From NCBI GenBank assembly GCA_902578135.1, contig CACHBU010000004.1, positions 8,120 through 72,119 of the forward strand: a stretch of DNA of 64,000 nt. Direction: 5' to 3'. The position numbers were made by a program, and so were the translations under genes. Shown here in pieces: positions 10,152 to 20,173 of the stretch. This DNA comes from an uncultured Candidatus Actinomarina sp. GTDB lineage: Bacteria; Actinomycetota; Acidimicrobiia; Actinomarinales; Actinomarinaceae. The notes below the pieces were generated by a model. It saw nothing but the letters and a program-made list of their open reading frames with translations. It made no database searches and was not told the DNA's origin. How positions within the stretch are numbered: position 1 is the stretch's first letter; every line of letters starts with the position of its first letter.

Positions 10152-11582
10152 TTAATATGCTTTAGAAAAAATTGCCTTTTTACCCTCAACAGACTTATTG
10201 TTTACAGCTTTGGCAGAACCTTCATTTTTCAAGAGATAGCATCTAAGTGTAGCTTTGGTTAAATCTTTAATTTCAATCTCATCAGAAGTATTTTCATCCC
10301 AATAACATGTAACAAAACCTGGAGTTGAATTCAAAGTATCAATTAGTTCTGCTTTACTGTCTACATGGATTGTATTGTCTTTTCTAAAATTCTTTGAGGT
10401 CTCTAGTAAGTTAGATTGAATGTCGTCTAAATTATCGTTTAATTTCTCAGATACTTCATTTATTGATATGGAGTTCTTGCCATCAACACCGTCTCTTCTC
10501 GAGAAAACTACAGAATTTTTTTCTATATCTTTAGGCCCTAATTCAATTCTTAATGGTACTCCTTTTAATTCCCATTCATTGAATTTGAAACCTGGTGAAA
10601 TATTATCCCTATCATCAATTTTCATTCGATAACTTTCACGCAATTCTTCGTGTAATTTATTAACAGTTTCTAATACAACTGATTTACTATCCTCATTAGG
10701 AATTATTGGAATAAGTACTGATTGAGTAGGTGCTAATTTTGGTGGGAGTTGTAATCCTTTATCATCACCATGAGCCATAATAATCATTCCTATTAAACGA
10801 GTACTAACACCCCAGCTAGTTTGAAATGGATGTTGTAACTCATTATTTTCATCAGAATATTGAATTTCAAAAGCCTTTGAAAAATTCTGTCCTAACTCAT
10901 GTGATGTACCTGCTTGCAATGCTTTCTTATCTTTCATCATTGCTTCGATCGAATAAGTAGTAGTAGCACCAGCAAATCTTTCATTAGCAGACTTGATACC
11001 TTTAACAACAGAAACGCCGGCTGCATTTTCAGCAAATTCAGCATATATTTCTAACATTTGCAAAGCTTCACTTGTTGCTTCTTCTTGAGTTTTGTGTGCG
11101 GTATGACCTTCTTGCCAGAGAAACTCTGAAGTTCTTAGGAATAATCGCGTTCTCATTTCCCATCTAACAACATTTGCCCACTGGTTAACTAACATTGGTA
11201 AATCTCTATGGCTTTTAATCCATTTTGCAAACATATGGTTAATAATTGTCTCAGATGTTGGTCTTACGACTAAAGGTTCTTCAAGCTCTTTTCCGCCAGC
11301 ATGTGTGACCGTAGCTAATTCAGGAGAAAAACCTTCAACATGCTCCGCTTCTTTTTGAATAAAGGAGTTGGGTATAAAAAGTGGGAAATATGCATTCTCA
11401 TGACCTGTTTCTTTAAATTTTTTATCTAAGTAGGCTTGAACTCCTTCCCAAAGAGAGTAGCCATATGGTCTTATTACCATCGTTCCTTTTACAGGAGAAT
11501 AGTCTGCCAATTGTGCTTGTTGAATTATGTCAGTGTACCACTCGTTGAAGTCTTCTGACATAGGTGTAATTTTTTCAACCAT
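10152..11582 (-). CDS. proS: proline--tRNA ligase, archaeal/eukaryote-like short form (no INS editing domain)
   Basis: 476 aa. The N-terminus FNEWYTDIIQQAQLADYSPVKGTMVIRPYG, the class II motifs and the terminal ...SKAY tyrosine are typical of the short ProRS type. Confidence 0.92.
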   Translation of the reverse strand: MVEKITPMSEDFNEWYTDIIQQAQLADYSPVKGTMVIRPYGYSLWEGVQAYLDKKFKETGHENAYFPLFIPNSFIQKEAEHVEGFSPELATVTHAGGKELEEPLVVRPTSETIINHMFAKWIKSHRDLPMLVNQWANVVRWEMRTRLFLRTSEFLWQEGHTAHKTQEEATSEALQMLEIYAEFAENAAGVSVVKGIKSANERFAGATTTYSIEAMMKDKKALQAGTSHELGQNFSKAFEIQYSDENNELQHPFQTSWGVSTRLIGMIIMAHGDDKGLQLPPKLAPTQSVLIPIIPNEDSKSVVLETVNKLHEELRESYRMKIDDRDNISPGFKFNEWELKGVPLRIELGPKDIEKNSVVFSRRDGVDGKNSISINEVSEKLNDNLDDIQSNLLETSKNFRKDNTIHVDSKAELIDTLNSTPGFVTCYWDENTSDEIEIKDLTKATLRCYLLKNEGSAKAVNNKSVEGKKAIFSKAY

Positions 11583-11600
11583 GACTATATATTAAAGGTT

Positions 11601-12824
11601 TTAATTTTCAATATCAGTATTTGAAGATATCTCCACAACTGATTTTTTTCTTTCCAAGAAATTGTTAATATCTCCCTGAGAATTTATGAGGTCGTTTGCA
11701 TCTTTACGTGCGATTTCTGCAGCATTTTTATCTGCAGCAGCTAGCCTTGCATCTATCCCTTGTTCAATAATTAATTTTGCCTCTGATAGTAAAGCATCGA
11801 CCATTTCTTTTTCATTAACAACTCTTACTACTTCACCTTTTATAAATAAGTGCCCTTTATTTTTGCCAGCTGCAATACCTAAATCTGCAGATCTAGCTTC
11901 ACCAGGACCATTCACAACGCAACCCATAACAGCAACTTGTAATGGAATGTTTTCATTATTTAATGCATCTTGTGCTTCTTCTGCAACTTTAATAACATCA
12001 ACCTCTGCTCTTCCACAACTTGGACAAGCAATTAAATCTAAAGAGTTCCTTTCTCTTAGACCTAAATACTCCAATAAAGCTCTTCCACTTTTAGCTTCTT
12101 CAACCGGATCAGTTGTTAAAGAGTAACGGATTGTGTCACCAATGCCTTCACTTAATAAGGTTCCAATTCCTGCAGTTGACTTAATTAACCCACCAGGTAG
12201 TGGTCCTGCTTCTGTTACGCCAAGATGCAGTGGGTAATCTACTTTTTCAGCTAAAAGCCTATATGATTCAATCATTAATGGTACGTTCGAATGTTTAACG
12301 GAAATTTTTATATCGAAAAAACCAACATCTTCTAGATACTTTAATTCTTTTAGAGCAGATTCAACTAGAGCTTCAGGTGTAGCATCACCATATTTCTCGA
12401 GTAAATCTTTATCAAGAGACCCGCCATTAACACCAATTCTAATTGGTATGTTTGCTGACAAAGCTTCTTTGGCCACTTCCTTAATCTGTTGTTCTTTTCT
12501 AATGTTTCCAGGGTTAAGTCTTAAGCCATTAACACCAGCATCAATAGCTGCAAGTGCTAGTTTGTATTGAAAGTGTACATCAGCAACTATTGGAACCGGG
12601 CTTCTTTGTGTGATTTCAACCAACCCTGTAGCAGCATCTACTTCATTACAAGTTACTCTTACGATATCTGCACCATTAGAAGCAAGTTCGTAAATCTGCG
12701 AGAGCGTAGATTCAACATCTTTAGTTTTTGTTGTAGTCATAGATTGAACAGATATAGGAAAATCTGACCCAATTCCAACTTTACCTATTTGAATTTGTCG
12801 TGTTTTTCTTCTATTAAATTTCAT
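11601..12824 (-). CDS. ispG: 4-hydroxy-3-methylbut-2-en-1-yl diphosphate synthase
   Basis: 407 aa with a TIM-barrel N-terminal half and the Fe-S motif ACPSCGR ... GCVVNGPGE. Confidence 0.95.
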   Translation of the reverse strand: MKFNRRKTRQIQIGKVGIGSDFPISVQSMTTTKTKDVESTLSQIYELASNGADIVRVTCNEVDAATGLVEITQRSPVPIVADVHFQYKLALAAIDAGVNGLRLNPGNIRKEQQIKEVAKEALSANIPIRIGVNGGSLDKDLLEKYGDATPEALVESALKELKYLEDVGFFDIKISVKHSNVPLMIESYRLLAEKVDYPLHLGVTEAGPLPGGLIKSTAGIGTLLSEGIGDTIRYSLTTDPVEEAKSGRALLEYLGLRERNSLDLIACPSCGRAEVDVIKVAEEAQDALNNENIPLQVAVMGCVVNGPGEARSADLGIAAGKNKGHLFIKGEVVRVVNEKEMVDALLSEAKLIIEQGIDARLAAADKNAAEIARKDANDLINSQGDINNFLERKKSVVEISSNTDIEN

Positions 12825-13924
12825 AATCTTATTGGCTGCGTAATATCAAGATAAAATGCTGTTATTCCTAAGAATACAAAGATAAAAATTACAAGAGCAG
12901 CTATTGGATATAATTTTTTATCTTCTATTTTTTTACCTGTAATGCCTTCATACAACGCTAAAACAATTCTTCCACCATCTAATGGAACTAACGGTATCGA
13001 ATTAAAAACAGCTAAGAAAATATTAACAAAAGCAAGCAAACTAAATAAATTTACATAACCTCCCTCAGCTATTTGGTTTCCAGCTTGTGCTAAACCAATT
13101 GGACTCAACGGTCTTACTTCATCAGGAACATCTTCGCCTGTATAAGTACCAAGTAAAGCTTCAAGAGTAGATGGGTTAAATAATGTAAAAATCCCTTCAA
13201 TAGCTGCCTTAGTCATATCAATTTCTATAAGAGTTGTTGCAGGTATGGCTTGTAGCAAACCAAGAGTTTGTCTTTCTAAAACAGGTGAGACCCCTAAGTA
13301 ACCTGAGAGTTCATTGTTTAAGAGTCTTGACTCTAATGTAGTTGTAGTTAAGTACATTTGAGAATTTCGAATATATCCTATCGATACATTTTTATCTGGA
13401 TTAACTTCGATAATTGAAACTAACTCTTCCCAACTCTGTACCTCTGAACCGTTAAATGAATAAATTTTATCTCCTGGAATCAAACCTGCTTTTTTTGATG
13501 GAGCATCATCATTTGGATTGCTTATTGATTCTCCAATTGTAGCTACCTCTAGCGTTGGTTGGTCTATCCCATAAAAAGCAAATATAGAAAATAAAATTAT
13601 CCATGCTAGAAAAAAATTGACCAATATTCCTGAAGAGGCAATATAAAGCTTTTTAGTCCAAGATGCAGTATGAAACAATTCGTCATTTTTATAGTCTGAT
13701 ACAGGTTCGTTTTCATCCATTCCTGGTATCTTTACGTATCCACCCAGCAAAATAGCCTTTAAGCCATATTCAGTATTGTTTCTTTTGAAAGAAAATAGTT
13801 TTGGGCCAAAACCAACAAAAAATTCAGATACTGCAATTTTTGATCTTCTTGCAGAAATGTAATGACCAAGCTCATGAAGTACCACAAACAATGTAAGCAA
13901 TAAAATAGTTAAAACAGCATTCAT
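12821..13924 (-). CDS. rseP: M50 site-2 zinc metalloprotease (RseP/Rip1 type)
   Basis: 367 aa with HELGH in the first TM segment, a central PDZ-like segment and a C-terminal LPLVPLDGG motif. Confidence 0.9.
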   Translation of the reverse strand: MNAVLTILLLTLFVVLHELGHYISARRSKIAVSEFFVGFGPKLFSFKRNNTEYGLKAILLGGYVKIPGMDENEPVSDYKNDELFHTASWTKKLYIASSGILVNFFLAWIILFSIFAFYGIDQPTLEVATIGESISNPNDDAPSKKAGLIPGDKIYSFNGSEVQSWEELVSIIEVNPDKNVSIGYIRNSQMYLTTTTLESRLLNNELSGYLGVSPVLERQTLGLLQAIPATTLIEIDMTKAAIEGIFTLFNPSTLEALLGTYTGEDVPDEVRPLSPIGLAQAGNQIAEGGYVNLFSLLAFVNIFLAVFNSIPLVPLDGGRIVLALYEGITGKKIEDKKLYPIAALVIFIFVFLGITAFYLDITQPIRL

Positions 13925-13940
13925 ATATTAATTATTACAC

Positions 13941-14858
13941 TTATTGGATTAAATCTAAAAAATGAACAAATAGAACAAGAATTGGAAAACTTAATAATTG
14001 TGAATCAATTCTATCTAATACACCACCATGACCTGGCAACAAAGTGCTTGTATCTTTAAGTTCAATAGATCGTTTAATTTTTGATTCAAACAAATCTCCC
14101 AAAGTCCCAAATAACACGAACAAAATAGAAATTAATATTTTTTGCGTTAAGGTAACAGTTAAAAAATAATTTAAAACAAAGAAAACAAAAATAGATCCAA
14201 CAAATAATCCGGCTGCAAAGCCTTCTACTGTTTTGTTAGGTGATATGTTTTCTGAAAGCTTCTTTTTGCCATATCGCCTACCAAACTCATAGGCGGCAAC
14301 ATCATTAATTGATATTGAAATTAATAAAAGAAAAGTAAATAATGGCCCAAAATTATTTAAAAAATAGCCAATTGAAGCTAAACCTGTTCCAAACCAAATA
14401 AGAAACAAAAATGAGCTTCCGAATTTATCATAGACTCCATAATTTATAAAAGTTCCTGTGTAAACAATTACACCTATAGGAAAAATTAAATATGGAATGT
14501 GAAAATTGTTTAAACCAAAAAAATATGCCACAAACAAAGGAGCAAGAGCTGCATATAGTAGTAACGGATAAGGAAGTATTGTTTCATATTCGAACATATC
14601 AAACCATTCTTTAGTAGCAAGAAGACCAACGATAACCAACAAAATTAGTGCTGAAGTTTTATTAATAAACATTACAGCAACAATAACTATCAATGCTAAA
14701 CCAGTCACAACTCTTGGATTCGATGAGAAAAATGAAGGATTTTCTTGGTCTTTACTTATCTGAGATAAATCATTTTCATCAGGAAGCTCAATGTATCCAG
14801 GCCAAAACGTACCATCATTATCTGATTGAAATAGTTTTTTAAACCTCAAGTAATTCAT
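13941..14858 (-). CDS. cdsA: phosphatidate cytidylyltransferase
   Basis: Polytopic membrane protein with the C-terminal signature SKIKRSIELKDTSTLLPGHGGVLDRIDS. Confidence 0.92.
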   Translation of the reverse strand: MNYLRFKKLFQSDNDGTFWPGYIELPDENDLSQISKDQENPSFFSSNPRVVTGLALIVIVAVMFINKTSALILLVIVGLLATKEWFDMFEYETILPYPLLLYAALAPLFVAYFFGLNNFHIPYLIFPIGVIVYTGTFINYGVYDKFGSSFLFLIWFGTGLASIGYFLNNFGPLFTFLLLISISINDVAAYEFGRRYGKKKLSENISPNKTVEGFAAGLFVGSIFVFFVLNYFLTVTLTQKILISILFVLFGTLGDLFESKIKRSIELKDTSTLLPGHGGVLDRIDSQLLSFPILVLFVHFLDLIQ

Positions 14859-15390
14859 TTTGCTTTACCAAAAGTAATTCATCAATTTTATTTACATACT
14901 TATCAGTTAACTCTTGTACTTTTGATTCTAATCTTTTTATCTCATCAGCAGAATTTTCATCTTTTAATTTGGAAATTTCATCTATGCCAAATCTTCTGTG
15001 TGATCGTATTGAAACTTTTGCATCTTCTGATGATTTAGAAGCTACTTTACCAAGTTCTTTTCTTCTTTCTTCTGATAAAGGTGGTATTGGTATACGAATT
15101 ACTTCTCCATCATTTGTTGGATTTAATCCAATATCTGCATTTAAAACTGATTTTTCAATTTCTTCTAGAGCTGTTTTGTCAAAAGGTTGTATTACTAATA
15201 GCTTTGGATCTGGTACTGATATAGTTGCTAATTGCTGAAGTGGTGTCTTAGTTCCGTAGTATTCTACATTTAATTTATCGACTAGTGATGGATTCGCTCT
15301 GCCGGTTCTGATCGTTGAAAATTCATCTACCAAGTGATTTAATGAATTAATCATCTTTTGCTCAATATCTTTTATAAGTATTTCGCTCAT
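14839..15390 (-). CDS. frr: ribosome recycling factor
   Basis: 183 aa containing TIRTGRANPSLVD and LSEERRKEL. Confidence 0.96.
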   Translation of the reverse strand: MSEILIKDIEQKMINSLNHLVDEFSTIRTGRANPSLVDKLNVEYYGTKTPLQQLATISVPDPKLLVIQPFDKTALEEIEKSVLNADIGLNPTNDGEVIRIPIPPLSEERRKELGKVASKSSEDAKVSIRSHRRFGIDEISKLKDENSADEIKRLESKVQELTDKYVNKIDELLLVKQNELLEV

Positions 15391-16091
15391 TATTGTATTA
15401 AAGTTCCTAGTTTCTCACCTGTAATGGCTTTGTAAATATTTTGTTCTTTAGTACCATCAAATACTCTTATGGGCATTTCGTTTTCTTCACATAGTGTTAT
15501 TGCAGTTAAATCCATAACTTTTAATTTGCTTGAGACCACATCTTTATATGAAATTTCATTATAAAGCTCAGCTTGCTCTTCAACTTCTGGATCTTTATCG
15601 AAAACACCTTCAACTCTGGTTGATTTCAGCATTAAATCCGCATCTATTTCTGCTGCTCGAAGTGAAGCCGCTGTGTCAGTTGTAAAATATGGGTTACCTG
15701 TACCTGCTGCAAAAATAACAACTCTACCTTTTTCTAGATGCCTTATTGCTCGAAGTCTAATATAAGGTTCTGCAACAGCTGTCATGGTTATAGCGGATTG
15801 GACTCGCGTTTGTGTACCGTTCTTGTCTAAAGCATCTTTTAAAGCAACAGCATTTATAACTGTTGCTAACATTCCCATGTAATCTGCATTTGCTTGTGCC
15901 ATGTTTTTTGCAGATTCTTGTACGCCTCTAAAAAAGTTACCACCGCCTACAACAACACCTATTTGAATATTCTCATTATTAGCTGCTGTTATCTCAGAAG
16001 CGATTCTTTCAATTACCTTTGGTTCAATTCCAAAATTAGTTTCAGGATTAGAAAAGGATTCTCCAGAAAGTTTTAGTAGAACCCTACTCAT
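15390..16091 (-). CDS. pyrH: UMP kinase
   Basis: 233 aa containing VLLKLSGE and VVGGGNFFRG. Confidence 0.96.
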   Translation of the reverse strand: MSRVLLKLSGESFSNPETNFGIEPKVIERIASEITAANNENIQIGVVVGGGNFFRGVQESAKNMAQANADYMGMLATVINAVALKDALDKNGTQTRVQSAITMTAVAEPYIRLRAIRHLEKGRVVIFAAGTGNPYFTTDTAASLRAAEIDADLMLKSTRVEGVFDKDPEVEEQAELYNEISYKDVVSSKLKVMDLTAITLCEENEMPIRVFDGTKEQNIYKAITGEKLGTLIQ

Positions 16092-16093
16092 TA

Positions 16094-16702
16094 TTAAGTA
16101 CCAACCTCAATTCTCGAAAATTTCTTAATGTAAATTTTTTCACCTAATTTTCCAGATAGCTCTTCAATCATTGTACCAACTTGACCCTCATAAAATTCTG
16201 GATTGCAAAATGTTTGTTCATTCAAAACATAATCTTTGTAAAAAGATGAAATTTTTCCATCAACAATCTTTGTTATAACATCTGCTGGCTTTCCTTCATT
16301 TTCGGATTGCTTTTTAATAATTTCTTTTTCTTCCTCAATTCTTTCTGAGGGAACATCTTCAATATCTAAAAATTCAGGTTTTAGAGCTGCTATATGCATT
16401 GCTACTTGCTTAGCAACGTTTTTAAATTCATCTGATTTAGCAACAAAATCTGTTTCACATGCAAGTTCGACTAGTACACCAGCAACAGCTCTATCCTGTT
16501 GAAAATGTATATAGTCACCAATAGTTCCTTGGTTGGCTTCTTTATCAGCTCTTTTTTTCGAGTCTGCTAAGCCTTTTTCTCTAAGATACTTAACAGCATT
16601 ATCAAAATCTCCATTGCTTTCAGACAGAGCTTTTTTGGCATCCATCATTCCAGCACCAGTCATATCACGTAGTTTTTTTACATCAGCTGCTGAAATTGAC
16701 AT
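16094..16702 (-). CDS. tsf: elongation factor Ts (short, ~200-aa form)
   Basis: N-terminal UBA-like block VKKLRDMTGAGMMDAKKAL. Follows rpsB. Confidence 0.94.
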   Translation of the reverse strand: MSISAADVKKLRDMTGAGMMDAKKALSESNGDFDNAVKYLREKGLADSKKRADKEANQGTIGDYIHFQQDRAVAGVLVELACETDFVAKSDEFKNVAKQVAMHIAALKPEFLDIEDVPSERIEEEKEIIKKQSENEGKPADVITKIVDGKISSFYKDYVLNEQTFCNPEFYEGQVGTMIEELSGKLGEKIYIKKFSRIEVGT

Positions 16703-17412
16703 TATTCTTTCTCCTTATTCTCAACTTCACTTCTTTTTCCTGAACCTTTAAGACAAGCGTCAGCAATTGCTGAAGCAATTAACTCGATTGATCTAATTGC
16801 ATCGTCATTACCAGGTATAACAATTTCAACTCCTTCAGGATTTACATTTGAGTCTGCTAAACCAATAACTGGAATGCCTAATTTTTGAGCTTCAGTAATG
16901 GCTGTAGATTCATTTGAGAGATCTACGACAAAAATTGCATCCGGAAGTTTGTTTAAATTGACAATTCCGCCAATTGATTTAGTAAGTTTTTCGATTTCTC
17001 TTTTAATCCTTAATCTTTCAGATTTTGTATATGCGTTTATTTCACCTGAAGACTCTAAAGATTTTAATTCCTTTAAATAAACTACCCGTTTTATAATTGT
17101 TTTAAAATTTGTGAGCATACCACCCAACCATCTAAAATTCACATAAGGCATGTCAGCTCGAATTGCTTGATCTTCAATTACTTGTTGAGCCTGTGGTTTA
17201 GTTCCTACAAATAAAACTTTTCCACTATTTGCAACTAACTTTTGTACATAATCTTGAGCTTGTTCAATAGCGTCATAGGTAATTCTGAGATCTAAAATGT
17301 GAATACCACTTTTAGCTCCGTAGATAAATTTATCCATTTTGGGATTCCATCTTTGTGTTTGATGACCAAAATGTACGCCCGCTTCAAGCAGGTCTTTCAT
17401 TGTTGTACTCAA
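16702..17412 (-). CDS. rpsB: 30S ribosomal protein S2
   Basis: Contains LLEAGVHFGHQTQRWNPKM. The TTG start at 17412 has GGAG 6 nt upstream. Confidence 0.96.
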   Translation of the reverse strand: MSTTMKDLLEAGVHFGHQTQRWNPKMDKFIYGAKSGIHILDLRITYDAIEQAQDYVQKLVANSGKVLFVGTKPQAQQVIEDQAIRADMPYVNFRWLGGMLTNFKTIIKRVVYLKELKSLESSGEINAYTKSERLRIKREIEKLTKSIGGIVNLNKLPDAIFVVDLSNESTAITEAQKLGIPVIGLADSNVNPEGVEIVIPGNDDAIRSIELIASAIADACLKGSGKRSEVENKEKE

Positions 17413-17538
17413 TATTTCTCCTTTGGTTAATACATCCCATATTCCTTGCCTAAGCGGTTTCCAAACTTTCGTTCACCAAGGAAACTTGCAAATATGGTGT
17501 CTATTTTCATTTGAATTCTAATATCAAAAAGATATTAT
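17413..17538 (-). promoter_or_regulatory. unusually long (126 nt) rpsB 5' leader with local pairing potential
   Basis: The minus-strand RNA contains GUUUCC...GGAAAC and CCUUG...CAAGG complementary pairs. Most other spacers in this window are 0-40 nt. Confidence 0.3.
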
Positions 17539-18408
17539 TCAACCCCTCGGATGAGATTGTTTGTATTTTTTTTGGAGTTGCTTTTTAGATACATGAGTAT
17601 AAATTTGTGTTGTACTAGGGTCATTGTGACCAAGTAGTTCTTGAACTATTCTCAAATCAGCACCGCCCTCTAATAAATGTGTTGCAAAAGTATGCCTAAT
17701 GCTATGTGGAAATGTTCCAGTTCTAAATTTAACGATCCTTCTTATTTCTCTGTCGCTTAATTGACCTCCTCTTACACCAAGAAAAAGATAATTTTTTGAC
17801 TTATCATTCTCAAATTTTGGCCTTGAAGTCTCAATATATTTTTTTGTACTAACATATGCTCTTTTAGTCATAGGTAAAACTCTTTCTTTACTCCCCTTAC
17901 CTAAAACTCTTATAGAATTATTTTTGTTAATACTGTTTGAAGTTAAATTTGAAACTTCACTGACTCTCAGACCAGATGAATACATTAATTCTAAAATTGC
18001 TTTATCTCTTATATCTTTTTCAGAAGATTCAGGAAGATTGTCTAGAAGTCTATTTATATATGATGAAGTTAAAACATTTGGCAGTTTTTTCTCTACTTTT
18101 AAATTGTTTACAATTTTTATTTGGTTTTGATTAAAGTAATTATTGTCAACAGCCCAAGATAAGAAAGTCCTGATTGAAGTGATTTTACGATTAATAGAAG
18201 TCTTTGAATATTTATTCTTGTTTAAATGTTTTAGATAACTCGAGAATTCTCCAACACTTTCTGTATTTTCAAAATAATGTTTTATGTCAGAGTTGTATGA
18301 TTTGATTGTATTTTGTGAATAATTTTTCACATTATTGATATAGATTAAATATTCTTCAAGTACTTTGTTTCTATCTGATTGATTATTTAGATTCAAGTCT
18401 TTTCTCAA
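17539..18408 (-). CDS. xerC: tyrosine site-specific recombinase XerC/XerD family
   Basis: 289 aa with a C-terminal catalytic block [39 protein letters not shown]. Conserved position after rpsB. Confidence 0.88.
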   Translation of the reverse strand: MRKDLNLNNQSDRNKVLEEYLIYINNVKNYSQNTIKSYNSDIKHYFENTESVGEFSSYLKHLNKNKYSKTSINRKITSIRTFLSWAVDNNYFNQNQIKIVNNLKVEKKLPNVLTSSYINRLLDNLPESSEKDIRDKAILELMYSSGLRVSEVSNLTSNSINKNNSIRVLGKGSKERVLPMTKRAYVSTKKYIETSRPKFENDKSKNYLFLGVRGGQLSDREIRRIVKFRTGTFPHSIRHTFATHLLEGGADLRIVQELLGHNDPSTTQIYTHVSKKQLQKKYKQSHPRG

Positions 18409-19138
18409 GCCTTCTCTGTAGTCCTGACAGTATCAAAGTTATTATTAAATATAAAACAGTAAGTACAAGATATGTTTCTGCAAATCTAAATGTACTTCCT
18501 GAATACAATCTTCCTCTGTAAGTTAAATCTTCAACAGCTAGAACTGATAACAAAGAAGAGTCTTTCATCATTGATATAAAGTCATTTCCTAAGGCTGGAA
18601 GCATATTTCTAAAAGCTTGAGGTAAGACTATAAATCTCATTACTTGCCTGTCCGTTAAACCAAGAGATGCTCCACCCTCTCTTTGACCTACAGGTACAGA
18701 TTCTATACCTGCTCTGAAAACTTCAGCAATATATGCACCGTAAAATACTGATAAAGCAATTATTGCTCTTACAAGCATAGGAACATTGCCATTATTTATG
18801 TTGAAGAATTCAGCACCTCTTACAACTACTACAAATGCAATAGTAAAAATTAAAATTAGAACAGGAACGCCTCTTATAAACTCTATGTAAGTTCTAGATA
18901 TTGTACTTGCAATTCTATTTTTAGATATTCGCCCTATTCCTGATATCAAGCCTAAAAATAATGCGATTACAAATGAAACAATTGTTGATAAAAAAGTTAT
19001 AGATAGTCCAGGAAGAATAAAATTAAATGCTTTGTTATATTCTGGATTAGAAATAATAACATAAATCATCCAAGAAATGATTCCAATCAATATCAGTAAC
19101 CACCAATTATCTGGTTTGAATAAATTTTTAATTTTCAT
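18383..19138 (-). CDS. polar amino-acid ABC transporter permease (His/Glu/Gln/Arg/opine family)
   Basis: Multi-TM protein with the EAA-type loop [32 protein letters not shown]. The start is moved to ATG 19138, because the track GTG at 19168 lies inside the hairpin. Confidence 0.88.
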   Translation of the reverse strand: MKIKNLFKPDNWWLLILIGIISWMIYVIISNPEYNKAFNFILPGLSITFLSTIVSFVIALFLGLISGIGRISKNRIASTISRTYIEFIRGVPVLILIFTIAFVVVVRGAEFFNINNGNVPMLVRAIIALSVFYGAYIAEVFRAGIESVPVGQREGGASLGLTDRQVMRFIVLPQAFRNMLPALGNDFISMMKDSSLLSVLAVEDLTYRGRLYSGSTFRFAETYLVLTVLYLIITLILSGLQRRLEKRLESK

Positions 19139-19159
19139 GTATTTTTCTAATAATAAAGC

Positions 19160-19185
19160 AATAGGCACGGAAAACCGTGCCTATT
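19160..19185 (-). promoter_or_regulatory. perfect 11-bp GC-rich hairpin between the binding-protein and permease genes
   Basis: AATAGGCACGG-AAAA-CCGTGCCTATT read directly from the sequence. It stands out against the AT-rich background. Confidence 0.6.
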
Positions 19186-19214
19186 ACAAATTTATATATA
19201 AATAAATTATTTAT

Positions 19215-20099
19215 TTATACGTCACAATCCTCAGGAAGATAATCAGCAGGAATGTTTTCATCACACTCAGCTATATCATCATAAGTAACTGTAAAATCTG
19301 GTGAGAAGAACTTTGCATTTATTTCTGCAAGTTTTCCACTTTTTTCCATAGCTGCAAGGCCTTGATTAACAACATCTACTAACGGGCTTCCATTAGGAAA
19401 TGCGAAACCTAGTTGTTCAGATGTTAAATCTCCACCAACCAATTTAACTTGATCTTTATTTGCACCCATATATCCTAAACCAGCAGTCTCGTCAATAATG
19501 GACGCATCTGCATCGCCAGAGATAACAGCTTGGATAGCAAAGTTAAAATCATCAAATGCTTTAACTTTGTCTTCCCCTAATTCAGAAACTGCAAACTCAT
19601 AGTTTGTAGTTCCTTTTTGAGTTGCAACTATATAGTCTCCATTTTTAAGATCATCAATACTTGTAATTTCGTCATTACCTACTGCTACAAGTACTCTTTG
19701 GGCAAGATTGATATAACCATTAGAAAAGTCAATGATTTCATCTCTCTCTGCTGTAATTGTGATACCATCACCAGCAATCATAAATTGTCCATCAGCTACA
19801 GCCTGTATCATTCCATCCCAAGCTGCTGGTACATAAACAGGAACAAAATTCATTAGTTCGCCCATATGATTAAATACATCATAGTCCCAGCCTTTAGCTT
19901 CACCATCAGCTGCATCAATATAATTGAATGGTAAATATGCATTCTCTACAGCAAATGTAAATTCACAACCACCTAAATCAGGTAATCCGTTTTCTCCTGT
20001 TGTAATTTCTACTTCATCACATGGAGTTGCAGCGGTTGAACAAGCAGCAGCTACCAATGCTAAAACAAAAATTAGAAGGAGTGATTTTCTAGTTTTCAC
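19215..20099 (-). CDS. ABC transporter substrate-binding lipoprotein (family 3, polar amino acids)
   Basis: Signal peptide with lipobox LVAAAC, followed by a periplasmic-binding-protein pattern. GTG start at 20099 is preceded by GGAGG. Confidence 0.85.
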   Translation of the reverse strand: MKTRKSLLLIFVLALVAAACSTAATPCDEVEITTGENGLPDLGGCEFTFAVENAYLPFNYIDAADGEAKGWDYDVFNHMGELMNFVPVYVPAAWDGMIQAVADGQFMIAGDGITITAERDEIIDFSNGYINLAQRVLVAVGNDEITSIDDLKNGDYIVATQKGTTNYEFAVSELGEDKVKAFDDFNFAIQAVISGDADASIIDETAGLGYMGANKDQVKLVGGDLTSEQLGFAFPNGSPLVDVVNQGLAAMEKSGKLAEINAKFFSPDFTVTYDDIAECDENIPADYLPEDCDV

Positions 20100-20132
20100 T
20101 TAGTAAACCTCCAATTTCTTAAGTACAAATTA

Positions 20133-20168
20133 TTGCATAAAAATTCACATATATGTATATTTATGCAA
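20133..20168 (-). promoter_or_regulatory. 9-bp inverted repeat with nested palindrome, upstream of the binding-protein gene and downstream of the crotonase gene
   Basis: TTGCATAAA-(18 nt containing ACATATATGT)-TTTATGCAA. It could be an operator or an AU-rich terminator. Confidence 0.3.
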
Positions 20169-20173
20169 ATATT

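Noticed and set aside
13925-13940. Apparent absence of dxr between cdsA and rseP, where some actinobacteria have it
   Set aside because: The gene could simply lie elsewhere in the genome, and a single window cannot show absence.
17539-18408. Tyrosine recombinase as a possible integrase marking a mobile element
   Set aside because: It sits at the conserved post-rpsB XerC position of actinobacteria. It has XerC/D-type catalytic motifs and size, is overlapped by neighbouring core genes, and has no flanking repeats or cargo genes.
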